A DNA stretch of 64,000 bases. Source: an archaeon (GTDB taxonomy: Archaea > Nanobdellota > Nanobdellia > Pacearchaeales > GW2011-AR1). Of this stretch, positions 18,811 through 28,210 are shown piece after piece. How positions within the stretch are numbered: the stretch's first letter is position 1; every line of letters begins with the position of its first letter. The stretch spans positions 23,776 to 87,775 of the forward strand of contig JBDRNU010000003.1 in NCBI GenBank assembly GCA_043810775.1. Reading direction: 5' to 3'. A program made the translations under genes and the position numbers. The notes below the pieces were generated by a model. It had not been told where the DNA came from. It searched no databases and saw only the letters and a program-made list of their open reading frames with translations.

Positions 18811-19188
18811 ATGAGCAAAAATAAACTGACATTAAGTTTTATACCTTATTCAGAAATTGAAAACTTAGACAGTGTCAAGAGAGTTAAAAAAATACTAGAT
18901 ATTGTCCTAAAAAATAGAATAGTAATATTACAGGGAAGGCTTGCTGCTACTGAAGAAGGCTCATTAATCCAGAGTACAATGGCTTTAGTTGGCAAGATAA
19001 AAAGTTTCAGAGGAGTTGAACTTGCAGTTATTACTGGAAATCAGGCTTCTTTTATGAGCAGATTAAGACACGGACTGGCTAAAATGCTAATAGGAGACAG
19101 TGATGCCCTCACTATAATAGGTCCAGCTTCTATAGTCAGAGAAATTAAGAGAGACCCTAGCAAGATTGATTTAATGCTTAAGAGATAA
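18811..19188 (+). CDS. DUF2073 family protein (OapB-type)
   Basis: IVILQGRL..EE..LI..TM, FRGVEL, LTIIGPA. Confidence 0.88.
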   Translation: MSKNKLTLSFIPYSEIENLDSVKRVKKILDIVLKNRIVILQGRLAATEEGSLIQSTMALVGKIKSFRGVELAVITGNQASFMSRLRHGLAKMLIGDSDALTIIGPASIVREIKRDPSKIDLMLKR

Positions 19189-19225
19189 ATATTTATACTT
19201 CTTATTATTTATTTTTATTATTAAA

Positions 19226-19300
19226 TAGCCAAATAATAAAATGCCAATGTCATTTTACAATTTGATATAAAATTAACATTAGCCAAATAATAAAATGCCA
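19226..19300 (+). repeat. 21-bp direct repeat containing the start codon
   Basis: TAGCCAAATAATAAAATGCCA at 19226-19246 and 19280-19300. Confidence 0.9.
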
Positions 19301-19708
19301 CACCAATGCGTACACTGCGGAAAGATATATCCTGATGCAAGCAAGGAGCTATTAGAAGGATGCAGCTGCAGCAGCCATTTCTTCTTTTATATTAAAAATG
19401 TACAGTTTGAATCATTAAAAGAAAATAAGATTATAAGTGAGCTTAAAGAGGAAGATAAAGACCAGATTGAAAAAGATGTAAGGGAGATGATAGGGGTGGA
19501 GGAGGAAGACAGCCCGGTTATTCTTGATTTAGAGTCTGTTAAAATTGAGGGGCCTGGAAGGTATAAGCTGGATATAGTTAACTTATTTAGAAAAGGCAGG
19601 CCTGTAGTTTATAAGCTAGAAGAGGGGAAATATATTATTGATTTAGCTTCTACATTAAGGGTTGATATGGACAAGATTGGAGAGAAAATAAAAAAACCTG
19701 AGAAATAG
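19295..19708 (+). CDS. Zn-ribbon protein (DUF2072/OapC-type)
   Basis: MPHQCVHCG..LLEGCSC..FFY, ESVKI..PGRY.LD. Confidence 0.9.
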   Translation: MPHQCVHCGKIYPDASKELLEGCSCSSHFFFYIKNVQFESLKENKIISELKEEDKDQIEKDVREMIGVEEEDSPVILDLESVKIEGPGRYKLDIVNLFRKGRPVVYKLEEGKYIIDLASTLRVDMDKIGEKIKKPEK

Positions 19709-19721
19709 TAAGCTTTAAATA

Positions 19722-20168
19722 ATGGAACTTATTCTCGAAAACAAGATGGGATTAAACAGAAGTAAGATAATGGACCTTAGATTCTGGGATAGGTGGAGAG
19801 CTAGTGGAGCAGTTGGAAATATTGAAAGTGCTAAAAGCCCTAGGAAATATAATCCTGGAGATATTGTAAGGCTAACTGCCAGGGCTCCAATGGGAGGATA
19901 TAATCAAGAATATGCTTATTCCCAAGGAGAGCATACAGAAGGTATGATTCTAAGACAGATTCCTAAAGGAGAGTCTTTTGCAGGATGGTACGAAATTGTT
20001 ACTACTTCTTATACTCCAAGTGAAAAAGATTCATGGATATTTAGATTTCCTTTAGATACGTTAGAGGGCATTCCAGGAGATTCTAGGCTTTTAAGAGAGC
20101 AGATGAAAAAAGAATTGCTTAGGAGGGGGTATGAGCCTGCTTTAAGGAAAGCTGGATTAGCTGCATAA
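19722..20168 (+). CDS. Hypothetical protein
   Basis: Long ORF, no recognised motif; start may be 19746. Confidence 0.65.
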   Translation: MELILENKMGLNRSKIMDLRFWDRWRASGAVGNIESAKSPRKYNPGDIVRLTARAPMGGYNQEYAYSQGEHTEGMILRQIPKGESFAGWYEIVTTSYTPSEKDSWIFRFPLDTLEGIPGDSRLLREQMKKELLRRGYEPALRKAGLAA

Positions 20169-20181
20169 ATTTATTTTAAAA

Positions 20182-21024
20182 ATGACACTAAGAAAAGTAA
20201 AATTCGGGCAAATAACTTTAGAAACTAATGGTTTTAATAGAGCTCTTTATGATGATTATTTTGATGAAAGGAATCTTCCTTTAAATGGAGAGCATCCTGA
20301 AAACTGGCATACTGGAAAGTTAAGGGAGATAGTGCAATCAGTGGGGAGACCTCTTGATGATCTTCCAAAAGCTACAATTGAAGCTATTGCAGCAGAATCA
20401 AGAACAAGATTGAGTAAAGAAGATATTGAAAGGGCAAGCTCAGAAGCTATGCCTATTCAACTAGGAATTGATGAGGAACTTAGTTATGAAGAATCAAGGG
20501 GATTTTTTGAGGATTTTTTAAATGCTTTTAGATATGCAGATCAATTAAGAAGTGTTGGTTTTAATCCTTGGAGTAAGAGGGTGCATTCTGATTTAGTTGT
20601 AATAGGAAAAGGAGAAACTTCAATAAAATCAAAGCAGGGAAGAGAGTATGAATTAAAGCCATATATTTTTATTTCTGGAAATCATCATAATCATTCTTTT
20701 TATCTTAACTTGCAAATGCCTTTTGATTATAGGAAAGAGGGTGAAAGTAAAAGGCTTCATGATTTTGTATTAAATAGTGAAGGATTAATAGCTACCCCCT
20801 CACATATGTTAGTTTCTCATAATGGGGGGCCTTATCAAGAAGAAGTATCCCATTATGTTTTAAGTGTAGAAGGTATAGAGGCTTTTGGAAGCATAACAAA
20901 ATACCCTGAGATTTTTACAGAAATTGGCTTATTTGGAACACTAAAGTATTTTGAACCTTTTTGCCAAGCTGTTGTAGATAAACTAGATGAACATTTTGAT
21001 GGACAGGAAAGGCAAAAGAATTAA
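20182..21024 (+). CDS. Hypothetical protein
   Basis: 280-aa ORF, no recognised motif. Confidence 0.7.
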   Translation: MTLRKVKFGQITLETNGFNRALYDDYFDERNLPLNGEHPENWHTGKLREIVQSVGRPLDDLPKATIEAIAAESRTRLSKEDIERASSEAMPIQLGIDEELSYEESRGFFEDFLNAFRYADQLRSVGFNPWSKRVHSDLVVIGKGETSIKSKQGREYELKPYIFISGNHHNHSFYLNLQMPFDYRKEGESKRLHDFVLNSEGLIATPSHMLVSHNGGPYQEEVSHYVLSVEGIEAFGSITKYPEIFTEIGLFGTLKYFEPFCQAVVDKLDEHFDGQERQKN

Positions 21025-21093
21025 AGTAAATGCATAAAAAATATAATAAACACAATGCGTTAGATATAAATAGCAATTTTCTTTAGTATATTT

Positions 21094-22308
21094 ATGCAAA
21101 AGCTATTGAAAGAAGAGTTAGTTAGAATAAAACTTTCTGAAAAAGAGTCTTCTAAGCTGAAAAAAAGCACTAGTGAGATAGTTGAAAAGCTAAAAAGAGC
21201 TTTGAAAAATGTTAATGCGCAAATATTTATTGGTGGAAGCTTGGCAAAAGGGACAATTATCAGAAAAGAGGTTCCTGACGTAGATATATTCATAAGATTT
21301 TATTATATTAGGGATATTTCAAAGCTTCCTAACATAATAAGAAAGGCTAGGTTAAAAGCTGTGAAAATTCACGGAAGCAGAGATTATTTTCAAATTAAAG
21401 AAAAAAATGTTATATATGAGATAGTGCCTGTATTAAGAATAGCTAAACCAGAAGATGCTGTTAATGTTACTGATTTAAGCTATTTTCATGTTAATTACGT
21501 GATAGATGCAATTAACAAAAACCCAAAACTTGCAGATGATATTATACTTGCCAAGTCATTTACTCATGCTTCAGAATGCTATGGAGCTGAATCATATATT
21601 AAAGGATTTTCAGGATATGCGCTTGAATTACTAGTAATAAACTATGGTGGATTTATTGAGCTTGTTAAGGCTATCAGCAAGACTAAGAGCAAACTAATTT
21701 TAGATCCTGGAAAAAAATACAAAAATAAGATTGATATTTTAAATAATTTAAATGAGTCTAAATTAGGCTCTCCTATAGTATTTATTGACCCTACTTTTGC
21801 AGAGAGAAATGCTCTGGCAGCGCTGAGTGATGAGAGTTTTTCCAAGTTCAGAGAGTATTGCACGGCATTTTTGAAAAAGCCTTCTAAAAAGTTTTTTGAG
21901 CAGACTAAGATTGATAAAAAAAAGTATAATCTTATTGTTAAAGCTGTAACTGACAGGCAGGAAGGAGATGTTGCAGGAAGCAAGCTAATCAAATTCTATA
22001 AATTCTTGCTATCAAATCTAGGGATATATTTTGAGGTTAAAGATGCTATATTTTATTATAATGAAAAAAAGCATGCTGAATATTATTTTGACTTAAAAGC
22101 AAAAAAAGAGCTTATAATGGAAGGGCCACCAATTAAGATGGAAGAAAGTGTCAAGAAATTTAAGGAGGCTCATAAAAAAACTTTTGTTAAAAATGGCAAG
22201 ATATGCTCTAGGGAAAAGATTAATATAAACTATAAAAAATTCTTAGCTGAATTCAAGAAAAAATATAAAATCCAGATGAATGAGATGGGGATAACCAGGG
22301 TTAGTTAG
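21094..22308 (+). CDS. cca: Archaeal class I CCA-adding enzyme
   Basis: GGSLAKGT..DVDIF, YGAESYIKGFSGY..ELL, IDPT..RN. Confidence 0.93.
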   Translation: MQKLLKEELVRIKLSEKESSKLKKSTSEIVEKLKRALKNVNAQIFIGGSLAKGTIIRKEVPDVDIFIRFYYIRDISKLPNIIRKARLKAVKIHGSRDYFQIKEKNVIYEIVPVLRIAKPEDAVNVTDLSYFHVNYVIDAINKNPKLADDIILAKSFTHASECYGAESYIKGFSGYALELLVINYGGFIELVKAISKTKSKLILDPGKKYKNKIDILNNLNESKLGSPIVFIDPTFAERNALAALSDESFSKFREYCTAFLKKPSKKFFEQTKIDKKKYNLIVKAVTDRQEGDVAGSKLIKFYKFLLSNLGIYFEVKDAIFYYNEKKHAEYYFDLKAKKELIMEGPPIKMEESVKKFKEAHKKTFVKNGKICSREKININYKKFLAEFKKKYKIQMNEMGITRVS

Positions 22309-22843
22309 TCCTGCTTTCTTGCTCGTGAGTATTATCAACTAAAATTATTGGATGCATTCCTAATTGCTCATCAAGAGATTCCATTTTAAACAGCATTTTC
22401 CTTATTTCTACATCATGCTGGTTCCAATTATAAGAAGATAGTGCATCTGCAACTTTTTCAGGAACATAAGCTATTCTTGTTTCTGAAACTGGGAATTTAT
22501 ATAAATCTCCTCTTTTTCTTGCAGATCTTACATCTGGAGCAAGTTTTAAGGCTTTGGCTTTAATAAAATCATATGCACCTGCATTTACGTGCAGAGTAAA
22601 ATCAGGCAAAATCCGGGCATCAACATAGCAAGAATGACAAACAGCCCCATCAGGCGAACATTCAAGATTAACATCATCTAATTTCCTTATTTTAAGGTTA
22701 TTTTTAGATGGATGAATTAAAGCTGATTTAGGTTTATTTTCCCATCCTCTTTCTTTTAGATAGTAGTTAATTGTGCTGAGAATTTGCTTTTTAGTGTTTC
22801 CAAAAAATTCAAGATTTAGAGTTAGGTAATGAAAATACGTCAT
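22301..22843 (-). CDS. Hypothetical protein
   Basis: 180-aa ORF after trmB with GAGGT SD-like site. Confidence 0.65.
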   Translation of the reverse strand: MTYFHYLTLNLEFFGNTKKQILSTINYYLKERGWENKPKSALIHPSKNNLKIRKLDDVNLECSPDGAVCHSCYVDARILPDFTLHVNAGAYDFIKAKALKLAPDVRSARKRGDLYKFPVSETRIAYVPEKVADALSSYNWNQHDVEIRKMLFKMESLDEQLGMHPIILVDNTHEQESRTN

Positions 22844-22855
22844 TTTCTACCTCTT

Positions 22856-23635
22856 TTATTTCTTAACAGCTAAGTCAAACATTTCAGAAAGCATTCCTGC
22901 AAAAAGCTCTGAATTTAGCCAGATACCCATTTCCTGGTCATCAATATTTGACTGGTTTAACAAAAACAAGACTTGATTTTTATCTGCAATGAAAAATCTA
23001 GCATCTACATTAATTTTTTGAGGCTTGATATTATATTTTTTCTCAACATCTTTTGCCCCATTTTCGCTTCCTGAAACTGCAAGCTTGATTTTTATATTTG
23101 CTTTTCTTAACCTGTCAAAAAGTAAATTAAATACCCTTGATCTTTCAAGTATTTCTGAAGCTGGAATACATATTACAACTTCTTTTGAAGAATTTTCAAG
23201 CATTTCTTTTACATGTGAATAAATATTTGACTTACCCCTGATAGCAGAAGACATTTCAGTCTGATTAATTGGCTCAATTCCAGTATTATGAAGGTCTTCA
23301 AGCTCTTCATATTCTTTTGTTTCTTTTAAGCTAGAAAGAATCTTTACTTTTTCTTCAGCGTTTCTTAGAGTATTATTCTTAAGCTTTTCAATAACCAGAG
23401 TTGGCTTTACAGCAATATACTTTACTGGCTTTCCAATTTTAGCTATTACAAAACCCTGCTTTTCAAGAGATTCGAGAACATCATAAGTCCTACTTCTTGG
23501 AACTCCAGAAATTTCAGCTATTTCTCCAGCAGAGGCTATACCTTTGCTAATTAAAGCTAACCATACTTTGGTTTCATAAATATTAAGATCAAAATGAGTC
23601 TTAATTTTTTTTACTAATTCACTTTTTAATATCAT
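22856..23635 (-). CDS. TrmB-family transcriptional regulator (TrmBL2-like)
   Basis: LNIYETKVWLAL, EIAEISGVPRSRTYDVLESLEKQG; start set to ATG 23635. Confidence 0.92.
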   Translation of the reverse strand: MILKSELVKKIKTHFDLNIYETKVWLALISKGIASAGEIAEISGVPRSRTYDVLESLEKQGFVIAKIGKPVKYIAVKPTLVIEKLKNNTLRNAEEKVKILSSLKETKEYEELEDLHNTGIEPINQTEMSSAIRGKSNIYSHVKEMLENSSKEVVICIPASEILERSRVFNLLFDRLRKANIKIKLAVSGSENGAKDVEKKYNIKPQKINVDARFFIADKNQVLFLLNQSNIDDQEMGIWLNSELFAGMLSEMFDLAVKK

Positions 23636-23672
23636 TTTCAAAACAACCTACGGTTTTTTTGTATTTTCCCTT
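23633..23672 (-). promoter_or_regulatory. Conserved 40-nt 5' leader, copy A
   Basis: AAGGGAAAATACAAAAAAACCGTAGGTTGTTTTGAAAATG; 38/40 identical to 31418-31457. Confidence 0.8.
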
Positions 23673-23830
23673 AGGCTGATAATTTACCTTTAATCAGTAG
23701 AGAAAAATGGCTTTATAAATCTTTCTATTTGTTACCTCTCAACAGTTACAATAAAACAAAGTTGACTTGGATTTTATAAATAATTAGAATTAAACTTAAT
23801 TCTGCTTAATTTTAAAGAATTAGGGCTTAA

Positions 23831-24778
23831 TTAGAGTATACCTAATATAACAGTAATATAGGCAATGAGCATGCCTACAAATATACCTGCAGTTAGGAAA
23901 GGCATTGCAGGGTAGAATTTTCCTTTTTTTGCAAACATAAATAAGGCTAGTAGAGCAAGAGTGGCAAATAAAGTTATAGACAGTGCCTGAACAATTCCAA
24001 AAGCTCTTAAAAATACTCCTGCTGCAATTATTGGAAATACTACATCTCCTCCACCAAGAATTGCAAGATTAACTTTTACTTTTTGCTCTTTTTTTGACTT
24101 GGATTTCTTAGCTTGCTTTAGCTTCTGCCTAGTTTTCTTATCAATATAAGGGACAAAAAACCCGGCAAAGAATTTTAGTTCATTCATCTGGAAATGAGCC
24201 ATTTTTTGCATAAATCCAGCGTGCCAAACTGCATATATATCATAAGCTGATATTAAAATTAAAAGTAAGATTATTGACCATAGAGTTAGGATTGGCACAA
24301 AAATTGCAGCTATTCCTGGGTAAATTAAAAGCTCTGTGAAATTATGAACTATTATATTTCTTTTAAAAACTTTGAAAAATGCAAGGGGTAAGGAAATTAC
24401 CAGGGCAATTATAGCTGAAAATTGAAAGTAATTTTGCAAAGACGCATTAAAGCTTACTCCAATTGCAATAGCTATTACAAGAAAAAACCACAATCTTAAG
24501 AAAGTTACTGCTTTTATTTTCATTAGCACAAGAATAAGGAGCACTGCAATAGTCATTCCAATAACTATACTTATTAGTGAAATTTCTGGCTCAGTTTCAG
24601 GAGGTTCAAGATTATAAGGGAGTACAGGTCCAATAGATACATTTTGTTTTTCACCTGTAGTCTGATTCACTATTTCTGTTATTACAGGTGTATAAGCATG
24701 TATAACTGCAAGGCCTATTAGCTGTGTAACTATAAACATTGCGACTAAGATTAAAGTAACTTTTGCGTTATGCTTCAC
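23831..24778 (-). CDS. Presenilin/signal-peptide-peptidase family intramembrane aspartyl protease
   Basis: YDIYAV, LGGGD, PAMP motifs; multiple TM helices. Confidence 0.93.
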   Translation of the reverse strand: MKHNAKVTLILVAMFIVTQLIGLAVIHAYTPVITEIVNQTTGEKQNVSIGPVLPYNLEPPETEPEISLISIVIGMTIAVLLILVLMKIKAVTFLRLWFFLVIAIAIGVSFNASLQNYFQFSAIIALVISLPLAFFKVFKRNIIVHNFTELLIYPGIAAIFVPILTLWSIILLLILISAYDIYAVWHAGFMQKMAHFQMNELKFFAGFFVPYIDKKTRQKLKQAKKSKSKKEQKVKVNLAILGGGDVVFPIIAAGVFLRAFGIVQALSITLFATLALLALFMFAKKGKFYPAMPFLTAGIFVGMLIAYITVILGIL

Positions 24779-24854
24779 ATTATTTTCCTCTCTTATTTTA
24801 GGTTAAAAATATAAGAAAAAGAAGGTTTATAAATCTTTAAAAAAATAAAATTTC

Positions 24855-25853
24855 CTAGTTAAGAGTATTATAATCTTGAGTTTTATTGAACTTCTGGAGC
24901 TTTTTCAAAATTTCTTGGTCTCCTTTTCTAATGAAAGAGCCGTCTTTTACTGCAAGATGCTCGTCATAAAGCCCGACAAAAATAGTTATATTTTTATTTC
25001 TTCCATATTTAACTGCTCTTAAAACATCTATAAGCTGGGGAGGAGTATACTTTCCTTTTCTGAATTCTTTCTCAAGCATGGTGCCTTTTGCAACATAAGT
25101 TGGATTAAGATGCATATTAATCTTAACTTTATGTTTTTTGGCAACTTTGCTAAGATAGTCAATGCCTTTTTTTATATCTTCTACTGCCTCCTTATCACCC
25201 ATACCTGGAACTGGCTTTTGCATAAAATAGCACTTTAAATTAAATTTGTAATTTGCAAGCTTTTTAACCAGGGATTCAAAAGTCCTAAGTTCAAGACCTT
25301 TTCTAAATACCTTATTCCTGATATGCCTGTCAAAAGCCTCAAATCCTATTGCAATCTCTAAATTTGTATGAGTCTCCCCTTCATTAAGGACTCTTGACAA
25401 GAATTCCAGCTCACTTAAATCAACATATTCTGGCCTTGTTTCTAAACTAACTATTGAAAGGTTTTTGAGGTGAATATTAAGCATAGCTATTAAGTAGATA
25501 AGGGCTGTGCTTGAAAAGGTTCTTTCATCTAATACTGAACCATTATTACTTACTATAACTTTTTTTATAATTTCTTTGAATTTTTTTACTTTAGGCAGTT
25601 TAAAAATATAATCTATTTGTTTTATAATATGCTTAAATCCAATGTAATTTTCTGACATTGCGGAAGGCAAATTACAACCAAGGCATTGAGACCACCTGCA
25701 AGTTTGAGTATAAAAAACAATGAAAAGAATTTTTCCTTCTTCTGAATCCTGAAACCATACTTCTAGTGGTTTGTCTTTATTATGAGACTCATTAAATTTA
25801 TAATTCTTGTCAAATTTTTTCATAATTCTTGCAGATTTCTTGTTTTTACCCAT
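24855..25853 (-). CDS. Radical SAM protein (TIGR01210/RaSEA-like)
   Basis: TCRWSQCLGC, NNGSVLD, ETRPEYV, EIAIGFE, LNPTYV..GT. Confidence 0.75.
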   Translation of the reverse strand: MGKNKKSARIMKKFDKNYKFNESHNKDKPLEVWFQDSEEGKILFIVFYTQTCRWSQCLGCNLPSAMSENYIGFKHIIKQIDYIFKLPKVKKFKEIIKKVIVSNNGSVLDERTFSSTALIYLIAMLNIHLKNLSIVSLETRPEYVDLSELEFLSRVLNEGETHTNLEIAIGFEAFDRHIRNKVFRKGLELRTFESLVKKLANYKFNLKCYFMQKPVPGMGDKEAVEDIKKGIDYLSKVAKKHKVKINMHLNPTYVAKGTMLEKEFRKGKYTPPQLIDVLRAVKYGRNKNITIFVGLYDEHLAVKDGSFIRKGDQEILKKLQKFNKTQDYNTLN

Positions 25854-25901
25854 ATTAAGATTAGTTATATAAGAAATTTAAAGGTTTGTATTTTTCCGAC
25901 A

Positions 25902-26789
25902 TCAAAAAGAAATAATTCTATCTTTCCGAATTCCTGTTCTAGAATTAAACTTTATTCTGCTTATCTTTATGACTTTCCTGAAAAATATAAAATCTTTTAA
26001 AACTTTATCTGCCCCATCCAAACACCCAATAATATTTTTATTTATGGCCTGGAATATTTCAATACTTTTTGTAAAGAAAATTTTTCTATTATTAAGGCAG
26101 AGTTTGAAACCAATTATATAACCTTCTTTTTCAAATTCATTTACTACTTTATCAAGAACTTTTATTGAAAGTATATGAATATTATTCCTGTCTCCCAAAT
26201 CTTTTCTTTTAAATTTAAGCCTAACAATTTGGGAGTTGCTTCTTTTGTCAAAACCCATACTTATTGGAAGTATTGATTCCATACCATACCTATATCTCTT
26301 GGCATACCTAGTGTAATTAGTTAAAGTTGTTGCTCTTTCTAATTTATAATTAAAATAGTTTTTGTAGAACTGCAATCTCCAATTACTTGAAATATTCACA
26401 AGAAACATTTCTAAATCCTGTCCAAGCTCCTTGCCAATTATGTATGCTGCAAAGATTGCTACAACAGAATCTATTGAAAGAAAGGCTTCTGGAGCAAACA
26501 TCCAAAAAAATAGCAAAATTATAATTCCCATAACTAACCCTAAAACTTTATTAAATGAAAGACTAATTTTAGAATAAACAGAATCTTCCCCCTCTTTAAT
26601 ATCTTGAACATATTCTTCAAAAGGATTACAGAGAATATGATCTGCATTAATATTTCTACTTAAAGGATATACTAAAATATGGCTCTCAATAGAAGAAAAC
26701 TTCCTAAGTTCATTTATATTTTGAAGTTCAATGTCATAAGTGCCTTTTTGAGATTTCTTTACTCTAAAATAAGGATTTAAATTTTTCAC
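25902..26789 (-). CDS. Hypothetical membrane protein
   Basis: Central TM hairpin; basic C-terminus. Confidence 0.7.
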   Translation of the reverse strand: MKNLNPYFRVKKSQKGTYDIELQNINELRKFSSIESHILVYPLSRNINADHILCNPFEEYVQDIKEGEDSVYSKISLSFNKVLGLVMGIIILLFFWMFAPEAFLSIDSVVAIFAAYIIGKELGQDLEMFLVNISSNWRLQFYKNYFNYKLERATTLTNYTRYAKRYRYGMESILPISMGFDKRSNSQIVRLKFKRKDLGDRNNIHILSIKVLDKVVNEFEKEGYIIGFKLCLNNRKIFFTKSIEIFQAINKNIIGCLDGADKVLKDFIFFRKVIKISRIKFNSRTGIRKDRIISF

Positions 26790-26907
26790 AATTAGACTAA
26801 ATAATTACCTATTATAAATATTTTGCCTAGCAGGATTATAACTCTTAATTTAAACATGCCTTTTTAATTATAATAATCCTTATATAACTAATATTTCTAA
26901 AATGTAA

Positions 26908-27759
26908 ATGAGCATTGAAAATCTAACTATAATTGGTGAGAGAGCAAACAGGCAAGGCTCTAGTAAAGTTAAAATAATATTAGATGAAGAAGTTAGCAGG
27001 GGGAAATACTATAATCTTCAAGAGTTGGCAGTGAGGCAAGCAGAGCAAGGCGCAGATTATATTGATATCAACGTTGATGATTTGGGAGAACAGGTGATGA
27101 GAAATGCTATTATGGCTGTTCAAGAGGTGGTAGATATACCTCTATGCATTGACAGTGGGGATCCAATGGTGCTAGTTGCTGGTTTAGGGGTTTATGATAC
27201 AGAGAAAGCTGGGGGGGAACTTCCAATTATAAATTCAGCTGATAGAACAACTGCAGACTCAATATTAGGTTTAAGAAATCTGAAACCATTTAAGATTGTC
27301 CTATTAACTCGAGGTTATTTAGATGTAAAAGAGCTGTACTGGGGTGCAAGAAAAGCCGGATTTAAACAAGAAGATATTTATCTTGATCCTAGGATTGTGC
27401 CTATTTCAAGTGATTATGAAGGAAATATTAAGAAAGCTCTAGGGTATTTGGATAAAATCAGCACAGATGCAGAAATGAGGGGAGTGCATACTTTACTGGG
27501 ATTGACAAATGTTTCTAAAGGCAGCCCTATTAAATTAAAGGATTCTCTTGAAAATGCTGTGCTTACACTTGCCCTAGAAAAAGGACTGGATACTATAATA
27601 GGGGACCCTTCCAGAAAATATAGCTTATTGCCCGAGGAGAATAATGTATTAAATTTAGTAAAGGAATTTATAAATACTGATATTTATTCTTATGAAGGAA
27701 TGAGATTATTAAGCAAATATTTTTCAAGCTTGAGGGAAGATGAAAAGCCAAGAAAATAA
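26908..27759 (+). CDS. Pterin-binding TIM-barrel protein (MetH folate domain/AcsE-like methyltransferase)
   Basis: IIGERAN, GADYIDINVD, PLCIDS, IINS, DIYLDP, GLTNVSKG. Confidence 0.85.
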   Translation: MSIENLTIIGERANRQGSSKVKIILDEEVSRGKYYNLQELAVRQAEQGADYIDINVDDLGEQVMRNAIMAVQEVVDIPLCIDSGDPMVLVAGLGVYDTEKAGGELPIINSADRTTADSILGLRNLKPFKIVLLTRGYLDVKELYWGARKAGFKQEDIYLDPRIVPISSDYEGNIKKALGYLDKISTDAEMRGVHTLLGLTNVSKGSPIKLKDSLENAVLTLALEKGLDTIIGDPSRKYSLLPEENNVLNLVKEFINTDIYSYEGMRLLSKYFSSLREDEKPRK

Positions 27760-28168
27760 AAAGCATATAGTGGCTATTACTGCTTTTATAAAAAATCAAG
27801 AAGGGGACAAATTTCTAATTGTTAAGAGAAGTAAAAATGAAATTGCTTATCCTGGGAAATGGGCTTTTCCGGGAGGCAAGGTTGAAAAAGGTTATGATAT
27901 ACTTGCAACTTTAAAAAGAGAGGTTATGGAAGAGGTGGGACTTGAAATTGAAAATTTTAAGGAATATTTGTATGATTTTACTTTTGAAAGACCTGACGGA
28001 AATAATGTAGTGGGTTTATGTTTTGAAGTAAAAGCTAAATCTGAAGATGTTAAGCTAAGCGAGGATTTTGAAGATTTTGCATGGATTAGACCTGAAGAGC
28101 TTGACAAGTATGAATATATTAGGGGTATGGAAAGAGAGGTGAATCTTGCGTTTAGCAAAGAAAAATAG
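27740..28168 (+). CDS. NUDIX hydrolase
   Basis: FPGGKVEKG..REVMEEVGL Nudix box. Confidence 0.93.
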   Translation: MKSQENKKHIVAITAFIKNQEGDKFLIVKRSKNEIAYPGKWAFPGGKVEKGYDILATLKREVMEEVGLEIENFKEYLYDFTFERPDGNNVVGLCFEVKAKSEDVKLSEDFEDFAWIRPEELDKYEYIRGMEREVNLAFSKEK

Positions 28169-28210
28169 AGAACAATAAAACTTATAAATAGTCAAATTAG
28201 TGGTTTTATA

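Noticed and set aside
19189-19240. AT-rich tract in the oap operon as a replication origin
   Set aside because: oap genes flank oriC1 in haloarchaea, but no ORB repeats or cdc6/orc1 gene are visible here
19226-19300. Repeat-spacer-repeat units here and at 61478-61546 as mini-CRISPR arrays
   Set aside because: Only two copies each, mutually unrelated, non-palindromic, overlapping start codons; no cas genes in the window
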